From NCBI GenBank assembly GCA_964635375.1, contig CAZWOU010000012.1:1-62144 (forward strand): DNA of 62,144 nt, written 5' to 3'. Each line of letters starts with the position of its first letter. Position 1 is the first letter of the stretch. Positions 26,880 through 36,415 of the stretch are shown here, piece by piece. This stretch comes from an uncultured Pirellulaceae bacterium. GTDB lineage: Bacteria; Planctomycetota; Planctomycetia; Pirellulales; Pirellulaceae. The position numbers and the translations under genes are program-made. The notes below the pieces were generated by a model. That model was given only the letters and a program-made list of their open reading frames with translations. It had not been told where the DNA came from and ran no database searches.

Positions 26880-28784
26880 ATGAACCCCAACTCAACCCAA
26901 TCCCATCTCACTCCGCGCGCTGTCGCGGGGAAGAGACTCCGCCGCCGCGGGCTCACCTTGGTCGAGATGCTCGTCGCCACCACCGTGACGCTGCTGCTCA
27001 TTCTCGGTATGGCCCAGGCGTTCGCCATGATCGGCACGGGGATGGAAAACCGCCGTTCGATCCTGCAGATGTCTAGCCAAGTGCGAGGCGTCATGGTTCA
27101 GTTGGAAGAGGATTTACAGGGGGTGACTGTGCCGGTCCGACCGTGGCCGAATCGCGGAGCCGGACCTGGTTACTTGGAGATCTTTGAGGGTATTGGAAAC
27201 GATGCCGTTCCACTGCCCGGTTTCAGCGAGGTCAGCTCGCTGTTTGGCGACGTCGACGATCGACTGGCTTTCACGACGCGCCGAGTCGGCACGCCATTCT
27301 TAGGACAGGTCTTGCTACCAGGGCCCGACGGCGCCTGGGGGCGAGCGGGTGTCGATGATGACGGCAATGGAATCACCGACACCGACTTGAACGAAGCTGG
27401 CTGGCCTGGCTCAGACGACTTGGCAACGCTCGAATCCGATGTGGCCGAAGTGATTTACAATGTGGTTTACGAGGAATCCGATCCCCAGTTGGATGCGGTG
27501 GACCAAGGCGCGGGACCGGTGTTCTCCCGCCCCGAACCGGGCCAAGGCGAGCTGAGTCTTCATCGACGAGCCCTGCTGGTCCGCCCTGATTTGGCAATCA
27601 ACACCAACCAATTAGTCGGTAGCTTTCTCATCCCGTCCGGTTCGTCCAATGATCTTCGCGACGCCTCACTGCACATCCGCCGATTCTTAGCGATGTCGGA
27701 CATGTCCGTCCGCCTGCGAATCATTGGCAGCGGCCCTTACCAGATTCAGGTTTATGCCAACTCGCTGGCCGACTTGGCTCAACGCGAGAACCGCTACGCA
27801 CACAACCCAATTATCCGGCGAAGCCGCGTGGGAAGCTATTCAACCGCAACTTACTCACTTGCGCCGCCGGCCCTTCGCGCTTTCCCCCACCAAATGGAAG
27901 TCGATCCGCTCTACGGCGACCCAACGCGTGTCAGCATTACGTCGGTCGACCAGCGTTCGATGTTTCCCAAGCGAGACAGCACCGATCCGATCGAGTTGCT
28001 GCATTTTCAGCATTACGGAGACGAAGCGGGCGAGACGATCGCCTTGTCCCAAGTGCTCGGGTTCGACATTCGCGTCTTCGACGCCTTGGCTCAAGTTCGC
28101 ACAAGCCCCGGCCCCGACGGTCGTTGGGGCACCAGCGGGCTGGATGACAACAATGACGGCTCCGTGGACAACATTTATGAGGCTGGAGCGCCGGCCTCTG
28201 ATGACTCTGAGGCGTTGACGGTGCAGGACCCGGCGATCCAGAAATGGCTGAGCAACAATTCATCGGCAACGTGGGCGCAATTGAATGCGGCCTTTCCCAT
28301 CGTTGGCACAGGGGCCTATGTCGATCTCGGCCACGCGAGACACATTCCATTGACTTCGCAAGTCCGAGCCGTCTTGGCCGTGGGCGTGTTTCCACCTCCC
28401 CCGGCCAGCCCAATCTTGCCGACGCAGTTTTCCAAATTCCCGGCCGCGATGCCGCCAACCTATGACACTTGGTCTTACTTCTACGAACAGGATGGAGTCG
28501 ATCAAAACAATGGGCCCATCGTCGATCTTTCCAACAACGGTCTCGACGACAACGACAATGGCGTGATCGACGATGCGGGCGAAGCCAGTTTCCCTCTGAT
28601 TGATGAAGGTCAAAACGGCATCGACGACGACGGACGAAACGGGGTCGATGATCCTGGCGAACGAGAAACGGCGCCGCCCTATGCGTGGCCTCTTCGCGGA
28701 CTGCAAGTTCGAGTTCGCGTGTACGATGGCAAGACAAGGCAGGTCAGGCAGGGCACCGTGGCTGTCGACTTCATTCCAGAATAG
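26880..28784 (+). CDS. Large prepilin-type N-terminal domain protein with Asp-rich calcium-binding-like loops
   Basis: RRG/LTLVEMLVATTVTLLLILG is a class III signal with Glu at +5. Repeated loops are VDDDGNGITDTD, LDDNNDGSVDN, NGLDDNDNGVIDD and GIDDDGRNGVDDPGE. A Shine-Dalgarno GAGGAAGG lies upstream. Confidence 0.8.
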   Translation: MNPNSTQSHLTPRAVAGKRLRRRGLTLVEMLVATTVTLLLILGMAQAFAMIGTGMENRRSILQMSSQVRGVMVQLEEDLQGVTVPVRPWPNRGAGPGYLEIFEGIGNDAVPLPGFSEVSSLFGDVDDRLAFTTRRVGTPFLGQVLLPGPDGAWGRAGVDDDGNGITDTDLNEAGWPGSDDLATLESDVAEVIYNVVYEESDPQLDAVDQGAGPVFSRPEPGQGELSLHRRALLVRPDLAINTNQLVGSFLIPSGSSNDLRDASLHIRRFLAMSDMSVRLRIIGSGPYQIQVYANSLADLAQRENRYAHNPIIRRSRVGSYSTATYSLAPPALRAFPHQMEVDPLYGDPTRVSITSVDQRSMFPKRDSTDPIELLHFQHYGDEAGETIALSQVLGFDIRVFDALAQVRTSPGPDGRWGTSGLDDNNDGSVDNIYEAGAPASDDSEALTVQDPAIQKWLSNNSSATWAQLNAAFPIVGTGAYVDLGHARHIPLTSQVRAVLAVGVFPPPPASPILPTQFSKFPAAMPPTYDTWSYFYEQDGVDQNNGPIVDLSNNGLDDNDNGVIDDAGEASFPLIDEGQNGIDDDGRNGVDDPGERETAPPYAWPLRGLQVRVRVYDGKTRQVRQGTVAVDFIPE

Positions 28785-28810
28785 GCCGTCACCGAAGCGT
28801 TCAACCGAAT

Positions 28811-29368
28811 TTGACAGCCCACATTATCCATCTCCGCGGCCCTTGGAACATCTCCGCCCTGGCGCGGACGCGCTGGAGCGCCGAGGGCGTCAGTGTTGAA
28901 CTGGACAGCGTTGAACTGGACAGCGTTGAACTGGACGGCGTTGAACTGGACAGCGTTGAACTGGACGGCGTGGACAGGGTCGATCTGCCCGTCGGGGGCC
29001 AACTGAATCCCGTTGGCTCCTGGGCGCCCTTACTGGGCGAATTCCGCGGACGCGTTCTGTATGAGCGCCCTTTTCGCTGCCCGACGGGACTGGCGGGAAA
29101 ATCGGTTTGGCTCGTGGTCGAAGGTGTTGACGCAATGGCCGACGCGTCGCTGAACAACACAGCTTTAGGGAGCATCAACGCGGAGCAAACGCTGCGCGTC
29201 GAGATCAGCCAGCGACTTCAGCCACAAAACCGACTGGCCCTGATTATCGACCTGCCCTCGGTCGACGACGACAGCGCCCCCCTGCCCCGAGTCGATCGAG
29301 CCAGTGCCGGTCGAACCGGCGCCGCATCGGGCGGGCTTATCGGCGGCGTTCGTCTCGAAATTGAATAG
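28811..29368 (+). CDS. Galactose-binding-domain-like (GH2 N-terminal sugar-binding-like) small protein carrying a VELD(S/G) pentapeptide repeat
   Basis: GRVLYERPFRCPTGLAGKSVWLVVEGVDAMADASLNNTALG resembles the GH2 sugar-binding fold pattern. The only in-frame starts are the TTG at 28811 or the ATG at 28685, and the latter overlaps the upstream gene by 100 nt. The start is uncertain. Confidence 0.5.
   Translation: MTAHIIHLRGPWNISALARTRWSAEGVSVELDSVELDSVELDGVELDSVELDGVDRVDLPVGGQLNPVGSWAPLLGEFRGRVLYERPFRCPTGLAGKSVWLVVEGVDAMADASLNNTALGSINAEQTLRVEISQRLQPQNRLALIIDLPSVDDDSAPLPRVDRASAGRTGAASGGLIGGVRLEIE
28895..28969 (+). repeat. Perfect or near-perfect 15-bp tandem repeat x5 (GTTGAACTGGAC[A/G]GC)
   Basis: Read directly from the sequence. 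The units differ only by A or G at one position. The repeat is in frame and encodes VELDS/VELDG. Confidence 0.95.
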
Positions 29369-29487
29369 AACGTTCGCGCGCCGCCGCGGCCCTGTGTGCC
29401 GAAGTTGCTCGAACAATGTTAGACTGTTCGGCTAATCGTCTCAGCCCTGGCGATCTCAGCTACGACAAGTCACTTGGAGCCCGCGCC

Positions 29488-30762
29488 ATGAACGCCTTTC
29501 GCACGCCTTTCATCGTCGTTGTACTCTTGTCGCTCGTTGGCTGCGCCGGTGAACCGCTGAAAGATGACTCGTCAAATGTGGCTCCGCCGCCCGCCAGCGC
29601 AGCCAGCGAGGCGAAGAAGCCTGCGACCAATTCCTCTGAGACAGACCCTCCCGTAACCAGCGCGCCGAAGTTGCTCAGCGATGAACATCTTGCCCAAGGC
29701 TGGATTAGCCTGTTCGACGGTGAGACGCTCTACGGATGGAAGGAGAACAACACGGCGGACTGGCGAGTGGAGGATGGCGCCATCGTCGTCTCAAGTGGTG
29801 ACGTCGGTCTGTTGACCACAACCACTCGCTTCGCAAACTACGAGTTGTACGTGGAGTTCAAGAGCGACACGGGCACGAACAGTGGCATCTTTCTGCGTAC
29901 GCCAACCAAGCCGAAGTCGCCCGACTCGGACTGCTATGAACTGAACATTGCTGACGCTGACAATCCGTTTCCAACCGGAAGTTTGGTGGGGCGTGAAAAA
30001 GTCGAAGGCGATCATCACAAACCAGACTGGCAGCGTTTTCAGGTGACGGTCGACGGCAACCAGGTCATCGTTCGGCTCGATGACGCCGAGGTGCTGAATT
30101 ACCGCGACCCAAAACCGCTTGGAGCGGGGTTTATCGGACTTCAACTGAATCAAGGGCAAGTTGCCTTCCGAAATATTCGACTGCGGCCGCTTGGCGGAGT
30201 CTCGATGTTCGACGGCGAGACGCTGGCTGGCTGGAAAGCGCCGAAATCGGAAAGCGTGTTTAGCGTCACGGAAGCCGGCGAACTGAACGTCAAGAGTGGC
30301 CGGGGCCAGTTAGAGACAGAGAAGTTGTATGGCGATTTCGTCTTGCAGCTTGAGTGTATCAGCCACGCGAACGGTCTCAATTCGGGCATCTTTTTTCGCT
30401 GCGTGCCGGGTTCGCAAATGGATGGTTATGAGAGCCAGATTCACAACGGATTTGTGGACAATGATCGCCGCAAGTCCGTCGACCATGGCACAGGGGGCAT
30501 TTTCAGACGGCAGAAAGCCCGGCTGGTTGTCGCCGACGATCTGACCTGGTTTCAGAAGACCATCGTCGCCGACCGCGACCACATGGCGGTTTGGGTCAAC
30601 GGATACCAGGTCACTGATTGGACGGACACGCGGCCGCCCGACGACAACCCGCGGCGAGGGCTTCGCACGCAGCCCGGCTCGATCATGATTCAAGGCCATG
30701 ACCCGACGACCAACCTGTCGTTTCGCAATTTGAAAATCGCCGCGACCAATGAATCGCCGTAA
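29488..30762 (+). CDS. Lipoprotein with two DUF1080 (3-keto-disaccharide hydrolase-like, concanavalin-type) domains
   Basis: The lipobox is LLSLVGCAGE. Two copies of the DUF1080 pattern are present (ISLFDGETLYGWK...NSGIFLR and SMFDGETLAGWK...NSGIFFR). A GGAG lies 8 nt upstream of the ATG at 29488. Confidence 0.85.
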   Translation: MNAFRTPFIVVVLLSLVGCAGEPLKDDSSNVAPPPASAASEAKKPATNSSETDPPVTSAPKLLSDEHLAQGWISLFDGETLYGWKENNTADWRVEDGAIVVSSGDVGLLTTTTRFANYELYVEFKSDTGTNSGIFLRTPTKPKSPDSDCYELNIADADNPFPTGSLVGREKVEGDHHKPDWQRFQVTVDGNQVIVRLDDAEVLNYRDPKPLGAGFIGLQLNQGQVAFRNIRLRPLGGVSMFDGETLAGWKAPKSESVFSVTEAGELNVKSGRGQLETEKLYGDFVLQLECISHANGLNSGIFFRCVPGSQMDGYESQIHNGFVDNDRRKSVDHGTGGIFRRQKARLVVADDLTWFQKTIVADRDHMAVWVNGYQVTDWTDTRPPDDNPRRGLRTQPGSIMIQGHDPTTNLSFRNLKIAATNESP

Positions 30763-30813
30763 TCGTGCGCGACGAGCCCCCGCTTCGAAGTGTTTGTCCC
30801 AAGAGCTATCCGC

Positions 30814-31788
30814 TCAAGAGGCGTCGTTGAAGCTTTTTGTCGCCCGCAGAGACGTCTCACTGACACAACCGCGGAGTTCCGTGGGCAAGGGGAAATGGAC
30901 TTCTTCTTGGCGAATCGTGATCAGCTCAAGCGCTGCGTTGTACTTCTGCTGCAAATAAGAGACACACTCTTGAACCACCGACTCCGGCGCGCTCGCGCCC
31001 GCGGTGATCAACACCGATTCGACATTCGCGAACCAGGAGTCGTCGATATCCGAAGCGCCATCGACCAAGTAGGCGGGCGGACCGTGGTCGCTGGCCAGTT
31101 CCTTGAGCCGCTGGCTGTTGGAGCTGTTCTGGCTGCCGAGGACGAGCACGACTTCAGCTTTCGGCGCCAACTTGCGAACAGCCTCCTGCCGGTTTTGCGT
31201 CGCGTAGCAAATGTCGTCCTTGGCTGGTCCCTTGATGTCGGGAAAGCGTTGCTTGAGGTGCTCAATGATTCGGCTCGCATCGTCAACCGACAATGTCGTC
31301 TGAGTCAGATAGGCGATCTTGGAGGCGTCGGACACACACAATCGATCGACATCTTGCAGCGATTCAACCAGCACGATCGCTTCCGGCGCCTCGCCCATCG
31401 TTCCGATTACTTCGTCATGGCCTTGGTGACCGATCAACACGATCGTGTACGCTTCTCGCGCGAATCGAATCGCCTCCAAGTGCACTTTGGTCACCAGCGG
31501 GCAAGTCGCATCGATCGTCCGAAGTTCTCGTTGCTTGGCCGCCTCGCGAATAGCGGGCGAGATTCCGTGGGCGGAAAACAGGAGCGTCGCGCCGCGCGGA
31601 ACTTGGGCCAAGTCGTTGACAAAGCGGACGCCGCGACTCCGAAACGTCTCCACAACGTATTTGTTGTGGACGATTTCGTGATACACGTAGATTGGCGTCC
31701 CAAAAGCCTCAATCGCCAACTCAAGGCTCTCGATGGCCATGTTGACGCCAGCGCAGAACCCACGAGGAGCCGCAAGCATGATTCTCAT
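30814..31788 (-). CDS. ispH: 4-hydroxy-3-methylbut-2-enyl diphosphate reductase
   Basis: Motifs seen are MRIMLAAPRGFCAGV, HEIVHN, FSAHGISP, ATCPLVTKVH, GHQGHDEV, QTTLS and YATQNRQ. Confidence 0.95.
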   Translation of the reverse strand: MRIMLAAPRGFCAGVNMAIESLELAIEAFGTPIYVYHEIVHNKYVVETFRSRGVRFVNDLAQVPRGATLLFSAHGISPAIREAAKQRELRTIDATCPLVTKVHLEAIRFAREAYTIVLIGHQGHDEVIGTMGEAPEAIVLVESLQDVDRLCVSDASKIAYLTQTTLSVDDASRIIEHLKQRFPDIKGPAKDDICYATQNRQEAVRKLAPKAEVVLVLGSQNSSNSQRLKELASDHGPPAYLVDGASDIDDSWFANVESVLITAGASAPESVVQECVSYLQQKYNAALELITIRQEEVHFPLPTELRGCVSETSLRATKSFNDAS

Positions 31789-31909
31789 TTTCTATCGATC
31801 TCCTTAGACTCATCTTATGAAAACGGCCCGCACTCGGCGAGACGACGACCGCGGACATCCAGTCGGCGATCCCGCACCCCAGTTCACAGGAAACGCGGCG
31901 GTTTGACGA

Positions 31910-32842
31910 ATGTCGTTTGAATTTGACGCACAACTCGCCGCCCTCGGACCAGGAGCCGAGTGGCCTCCGTTTACGCTCAAGACCGCCCAACGGTTCTGTC
32001 GCCAACTGGCCACGGCCCACTATGAGAATTTCCTCACCTGCTCGCTCCTGTTGCCCAGGACCACTCGCCAGGATTTCTACTCACTGTACGCCTATTGCCG
32101 CTGGGCCGACGACATCGCCGACGAAGTCGAATCGAGCAGTCAGAGCCTGCAGCTGCTTGACTGGTGGGAGGAGCTGTTGGCCGACTGCCGGAACAGTCCT
32201 CGTCACCCAGTATTTATCGCATTAGGCGAGCTCATTTCGCGACACGACATGCCGACGAAGCCATTTTCCGATTTGCTGATTGCCTTCCGCCAGGATCAGA
32301 CGAAGACACGATACCAAAACATCGAGGAATTGCTTCAGTACTGCCGCTACTCCGCCAACCCCGTCGGACAGATGGTCTTGCACTTGGGCAATTGCTGGAC
32401 GACTCGCAACGCAGCCGATGCCGATCTGATTTGCACCGCTTTGCAATTGGTCAATTTCTGGCAAGATGTATCGCGAGATTTCGCCGCCGGCCGTGTCTAC
32501 TTACCCCACGAATCCATGGCGACTTTTGACGTTTCCATCGATAGCTTCCCGATGACGAACGCATCTTCCCAATTCCGACAATTGCTTGAATCCGAAGTCG
32601 ACAGAGCCGCCGCAATGTTTGACGCTGGCGAGTCGCTCGCCCTGCGCGTGCCGCCGTGGCTGAGAACAAACGTCGATTTGTTCGTTGCGGGAGGACGAGC
32701 TGTCATCGCTGCGATTCGGGCGCAAAAATATGACGTTTGGACGAGACGCCCCGTTGTCGGTCGCTGGCGGAAGCTGAACATGCTCGCTCGCGCCACCGCT
32801 CGACAATGTCAACATCGTTTGTTCGGAGGCGCCGGCGCATGA
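31910..32842 (+). CDS. hpnC: Hydroxysqualene synthase (squalene synthase HpnC)
   Basis: Trans-isoprenyl diphosphate synthase head-to-head family. HYENFLTCSLLLP and YAYCRWADDIADE are present. It is followed by hpnD and hpnE. Confidence 0.85.
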   Translation: MSFEFDAQLAALGPGAEWPPFTLKTAQRFCRQLATAHYENFLTCSLLLPRTTRQDFYSLYAYCRWADDIADEVESSSQSLQLLDWWEELLADCRNSPRHPVFIALGELISRHDMPTKPFSDLLIAFRQDQTKTRYQNIEELLQYCRYSANPVGQMVLHLGNCWTTRNAADADLICTALQLVNFWQDVSRDFAAGRVYLPHESMATFDVSIDSFPMTNASSQFRQLLESEVDRAAAMFDAGESLALRVPPWLRTNVDLFVAGGRAVIAAIRAQKYDVWTRRPVVGRWRKLNMLARATARQCQHRLFGGAGA

Positions 32843-33693
32843 CAAGCCTCACCGACAGCTACCGCCAGTGTGAACGCTTGTCGAGACGGTCCGCATCGAG
32901 TTTCTATTGGAGCTTCTGGTTGCTGCCCAAGCTCAAGCGGCAGTCGATGTGCGCTCTCTACGCGTTCTCTCGGCGGTCCGACGACCTGGTGGATGATGAA
33001 TCGTTCGACATCAACACTCGCCGCCAAGCTATCCTCAACTGGCGATCCGACTTTGAAACGGCATTGTCCGGTGGAGGATTCCAGCACCCACTGCTCCCGG
33101 CAATATGCGACACCATCGAACAGTTCAACATACCGCCAGCCCTTCTCCGAGACGTAATCGACGGCGTGGAAATGGACCTCGAAAGCCCTCGGTTTGACGA
33201 CTTCACTGAACTCCAAACTTACTGTCGCCGAGTCGCCTCGGCTGTGGGCGTCGCCTGCCTGCACATCTGGGGATTCGACAAAGAGAATGACCTGGTCAAC
33301 TCGGGCGCCGACGCCTGCGGGATTGCTTTTCAACTGACGAACATTCTCCGAGACCTTAAGGAAGACGCGGACCGAGGACGCTGCTATCTGCCTCACTCGG
33401 AAATTGTCAAGTTTGGCTGCGATGAAAAGACGATCCGCAACGCGGATTTGACTGATGGGTTTCGCCGGTTAATGCAATTCCAAATGGAACGCGCCAAATC
33501 GTTGTTTCGTCAAGCCGAGACGATCCGCCCATTCATCCATGAGGACGGCAAACGCATGTTCGGCATGATGCTGGACACCTATCGCGCGATACTTAACAAG
33601 ATCGAAGTAAACAATGGCGACGTGTTCTCTCGACGTATCCGACTCGGCGCCTTCGAGAGAATCGCCATTGCCGGGCGATCCTTTTTGTCCTGA
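32839..33693 (+). CDS. hpnD: Presqualene diphosphate synthase HpnD
   Basis: The ATG at 32839 overlaps the hpnC TGA (ATGA). SSFYWSFWLLP, ALYAFSRRSDDLVDD and NILRDLKEDADRGRCYLP are present. Confidence 0.85.
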   Translation: MTSLTDSYRQCERLSRRSASSFYWSFWLLPKLKRQSMCALYAFSRRSDDLVDDESFDINTRRQAILNWRSDFETALSGGGFQHPLLPAICDTIEQFNIPPALLRDVIDGVEMDLESPRFDDFTELQTYCRRVASAVGVACLHIWGFDKENDLVNSGADACGIAFQLTNILRDLKEDADRGRCYLPHSEIVKFGCDEKTIRNADLTDGFRRLMQFQMERAKSLFRQAETIRPFIHEDGKRMFGMMLDTYRAILNKIEVNNGDVFSRRIRLGAFERIAIAGRSFLS

Positions 33694-33717
33694 CGGTCTC
33701 ATACGACCATTCGCCAG

Positions 33718-35085
33718 ATGAACAACTCAGCAGAAAAACCGGAAACGGCGTCATCTCAGAAAGTGGCCGTGGTAGGCGGCGGGCTGGCTGGCCTAGCGGC
33801 GGCCCAACGCCTTGCCATGCGAGGCGCGCAAGTGACGCTGTTTGAAGCCAAACGCGAACTGGGAGGCCGAGCCGGTTCGTTTCGCGATGAACTCGTTGGC
33901 GACGTCGTTGACCACTGCCAACATGTCGCCATGGGTTGTTGCCGAGACTACCTGCAATTCTGTGAGACAGCCGGCTGTTCGCAGATGTTCGATCGGCACG
34001 ACGTGATTCCCTTCATCGGACCTGCGGGCCGACAGTACGACCTGAAAGCCGCCGCCTGGTTGCCGTCGCCACTACACTTGGCGCCTTCGCTGTTGCGATT
34101 GGGATACCTCTCCATGTGGGAACGGATCCAAGTCGCTCGCGCGATGCTGAAACTGGCCCGTACAGGCCTCGCGGATGAGGGCGCCAGCATCGGCCAGTGG
34201 CTGGCAGGACAGGGGCAGTCGACAAACGCTATCAAGCGTTTCTGGTCAATTGTACTCGTCAGCGCGCTCGGCGAGTCACTCGATCGTGCATCGGTGGCGG
34301 CGGCGAAGAAAGTCTTTGTCGATGGCTTCATGAATACCCGCGACGGCTACAACTTGCTCATACCGACCAAGCCGCTAAAAGCTATCTACGACCAGATCGA
34401 ACACCATCTTGGCCGCCATGGCGTCATGATTCGCAAGTCAACGCCCATTTCCAGAATCACGATTACGGAACGTAGCGGCGAGATGCGAGCGACCTCAGTC
34501 GAGCTTTCGGACGGGTGTTCGGTTCCAGTCGACACGGTCGTCGTCGCCGTCGATTGGCGTTCGCTCGAGAGACTGTTCGAACGGCCGCCAAGCCCGCTGC
34601 TCGAGACCGTCCGCTGGACCCAAACACTTGAAGCCGCCCCGATTACAAGCGTGCACCTTTGGTTTGATCAAGCAATCTTCAAACACATCTCCCACGCCGT
34701 ACTGATCGACCGCCTGTCGCAATGGGTCTTTCGGCGAGAGAGGACGCGGCAAGACCGGGAACGAGGGCAACATTACTACCAAGTCGTGATCAGCGCCTCA
34801 CGCAACCTCGACGAGCGGTGTCGAGACGACGTGGTCGAGGAAGTCCGCAGCGAACTCGCATCGGTCTGGCCCCTAGCCAAAACGGCGAATTTGATTCGAT
34901 CGCGGATGTTAACTCAGAAGAACGCCGTATTCTCCTATCGCCCCGGTCTCGACAGGTCGCGCCCCGCCCAATCGACCGCCATCGGGAATCTCGTGCTCGC
35001 TGGCGATTGGACCGCCACGAGCTGGCCCGCAACCATGGAAGGCGCCGTCCGCAGCGGCTTTATGGCAGCCGAGCTTCTCACGTAG
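33718..35085 (+). CDS. hpnE: Hydroxysqualene dehydroxylase HpnE (FAD-dependent, amine-oxidase/desaturase family)
   Basis: The dinucleotide-binding motif is VAVVGGGLAGLAAAQRLAMRGAQVTLFEAKRELGGRAGSF. Its position after hpnC and hpnD supports the call. Confidence 0.85.
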   Translation: MNNSAEKPETASSQKVAVVGGGLAGLAAAQRLAMRGAQVTLFEAKRELGGRAGSFRDELVGDVVDHCQHVAMGCCRDYLQFCETAGCSQMFDRHDVIPFIGPAGRQYDLKAAAWLPSPLHLAPSLLRLGYLSMWERIQVARAMLKLARTGLADEGASIGQWLAGQGQSTNAIKRFWSIVLVSALGESLDRASVAAAKKVFVDGFMNTRDGYNLLIPTKPLKAIYDQIEHHLGRHGVMIRKSTPISRITITERSGEMRATSVELSDGCSVPVDTVVVAVDWRSLERLFERPPSPLLETVRWTQTLEAAPITSVHLWFDQAIFKHISHAVLIDRLSQWVFRRERTRQDRERGQHYYQVVISASRNLDERCRDDVVEEVRSELASVWPLAKTANLIRSRMLTQKNAVFSYRPGLDRSRPAQSTAIGNLVLAGDWTATSWPATMEGAVRSGFMAAELLT

Positions 35086-35281
35086 GCGTGGTTCACGCCC
35101 CAGCGACGGTCGTGCGAGGCGAACTTTATTGCGTGTCCATCCGCACAGGCCACAAGAACGCCCTTCAAAGCACTACTACTACACACCTTACATCAAACCA
35201 AATCTTGCGATGTAACAATCGACTTGAATTCCCGCTGTGGTGTTCAGACAGGAAACCACCACCACTACTCGGGAGTCAAAG

Positions 35282-36415
35282 ATGAAAACGCTAATCGCCT
35301 ATTGCCTGGCCCTTTCCATGATCGTTGCTTTCGGCGGAGCTTCCTCCGCGATGGCCAAGTCCAAAGGAAAGTCATCGTCCAGATCCTCGTCCTCCAAGTC
35401 GTCCTCCAAGTCATCGTCCAGGTCATTTCGAGGACGCTCGACCTCGCAGGGTTCAAGTTCCCGTTCCCTCAAGCACCGCCCGCAAACAAGCTCGTCCTCG
35501 CGTTCGCGGATCAACCAATCGGCTGCTCGCACAAAGAGCCAGCCCAAGCCGCAATCGCGACTGTCACAACCCTCACGACTGAAGCCGCAAACCAAGACGC
35601 GAACTCCCCAGTTCAACTCGCAACTCAAATCCGGCAAGCAATCTCAGGCAAGGCCGCTCAAGCCTACCTTCAAGTCGGAACGCAAGCCGAGCTCGAAGCC
35701 ACTGGGGATCCCCAAGTTCAAGCCAGGCCAAACGCCAGTCGCTGGCAAAGGCAAGATCAAACGGCCGACGATTGGCTTACCCAAGAGCAGCGCCAATAAG
35801 CATGGACTCCGCTTCGGGGGCGGGCACCATAACAACCACAACGGACACAACCACCACAACAATCACCACGGACACCACAACCTCTTCCATCCTTGGCACG
35901 GCAGCTGGGGCAATCACGGTTGGGGATGGGGTCATCACTGCAACCACTGGGGCTGCGGACATAGATGCCGCTACGGCAGCTGGGACCCTTGGTTCTCCAA
36001 CTGCAACGGCTATTACACCGCTCCTCCCGTTGTCGTCGTTCAACAACCGGTTGTCCAAGAGACAGTCAACATCCAACCGATCGTGATCGAGCCCATCGCA
36101 CCAGTCGCAGCGCCAGTCGCGGCGCCAGTCGCGGCGCCGATTGAATTGACCGCGGCAGCTGGCGGCACAATCACTATCCCGCAAGCCGGACTCGGCGCCG
36201 ACGAGGGCCAAGTGATGATGCAAGTCGGAGCGATCACGTTGCCGACGCGAGTCAGCTCATGGAAGAACGAACAGATCGAATTGCAGCTTCCCTTCATCGG
36301 CGTTGCCGGTTCGACACGAGCTCAACTGCACGTGTACAAAGCGGATCGCGAGCTGCTTCGTTCGGTCGAATTCGAGTTAACCCAGCCCGCCGCACCTCCT
36401 CAAGCGGGCCAATAG
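35282..36415 (+). CDS. Secreted low-complexity protein: Ser/Lys/Arg-rich region, His/Asn/Gly/Trp-rich block, C-terminal beta-rich domain
   Basis: The ATG has a GGGAG 6 nt upstream. The signal peptide is MKTLIAYCLALSMIVAFGGASSAMA. The His-rich block is GGGHHNNHNGHNHHNNHHGHHNLFHPWHGSWGNHGWGWGHHCNHWGCGH. Confidence 0.7.
   Translation: MKTLIAYCLALSMIVAFGGASSAMAKSKGKSSSRSSSSKSSSKSSSRSFRGRSTSQGSSSRSLKHRPQTSSSSRSRINQSAARTKSQPKPQSRLSQPSRLKPQTKTRTPQFNSQLKSGKQSQARPLKPTFKSERKPSSKPLGIPKFKPGQTPVAGKGKIKRPTIGLPKSSANKHGLRFGGGHHNNHNGHNHHNNHHGHHNLFHPWHGSWGNHGWGWGHHCNHWGCGHRCRYGSWDPWFSNCNGYYTAPPVVVVQQPVVQETVNIQPIVIEPIAPVAAPVAAPVAAPIELTAAAGGTITIPQAGLGADEGQVMMQVGAITLPTRVSSWKNEQIELQLPFIGVAGSTRAQLHVYKADRELLRSVEFELTQPAAPPQAGQ
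36101..36136 (+). repeat. 12-bp tandem repeat x3 (CCAGTCGC[A/G]GCG), encoding PVAA
   Basis: Read directly from the sequence, inside the 35282-36415 CDS. Confidence 0.9.

Noticed and set aside
28895-28969. Whether the 15-bp x5 repeat could be a CRISPR-like array
   Set aside because: The units are directly adjacent with no spacers, are far shorter than CRISPR repeats, lie in frame inside an ORF, and no cas genes are present.
30790-31920. 376-aa plus-strand ORF covering the ispH locus
   Set aside because: It is antisense to an unambiguous ispH. The translation is Arg-rich and motif-free.
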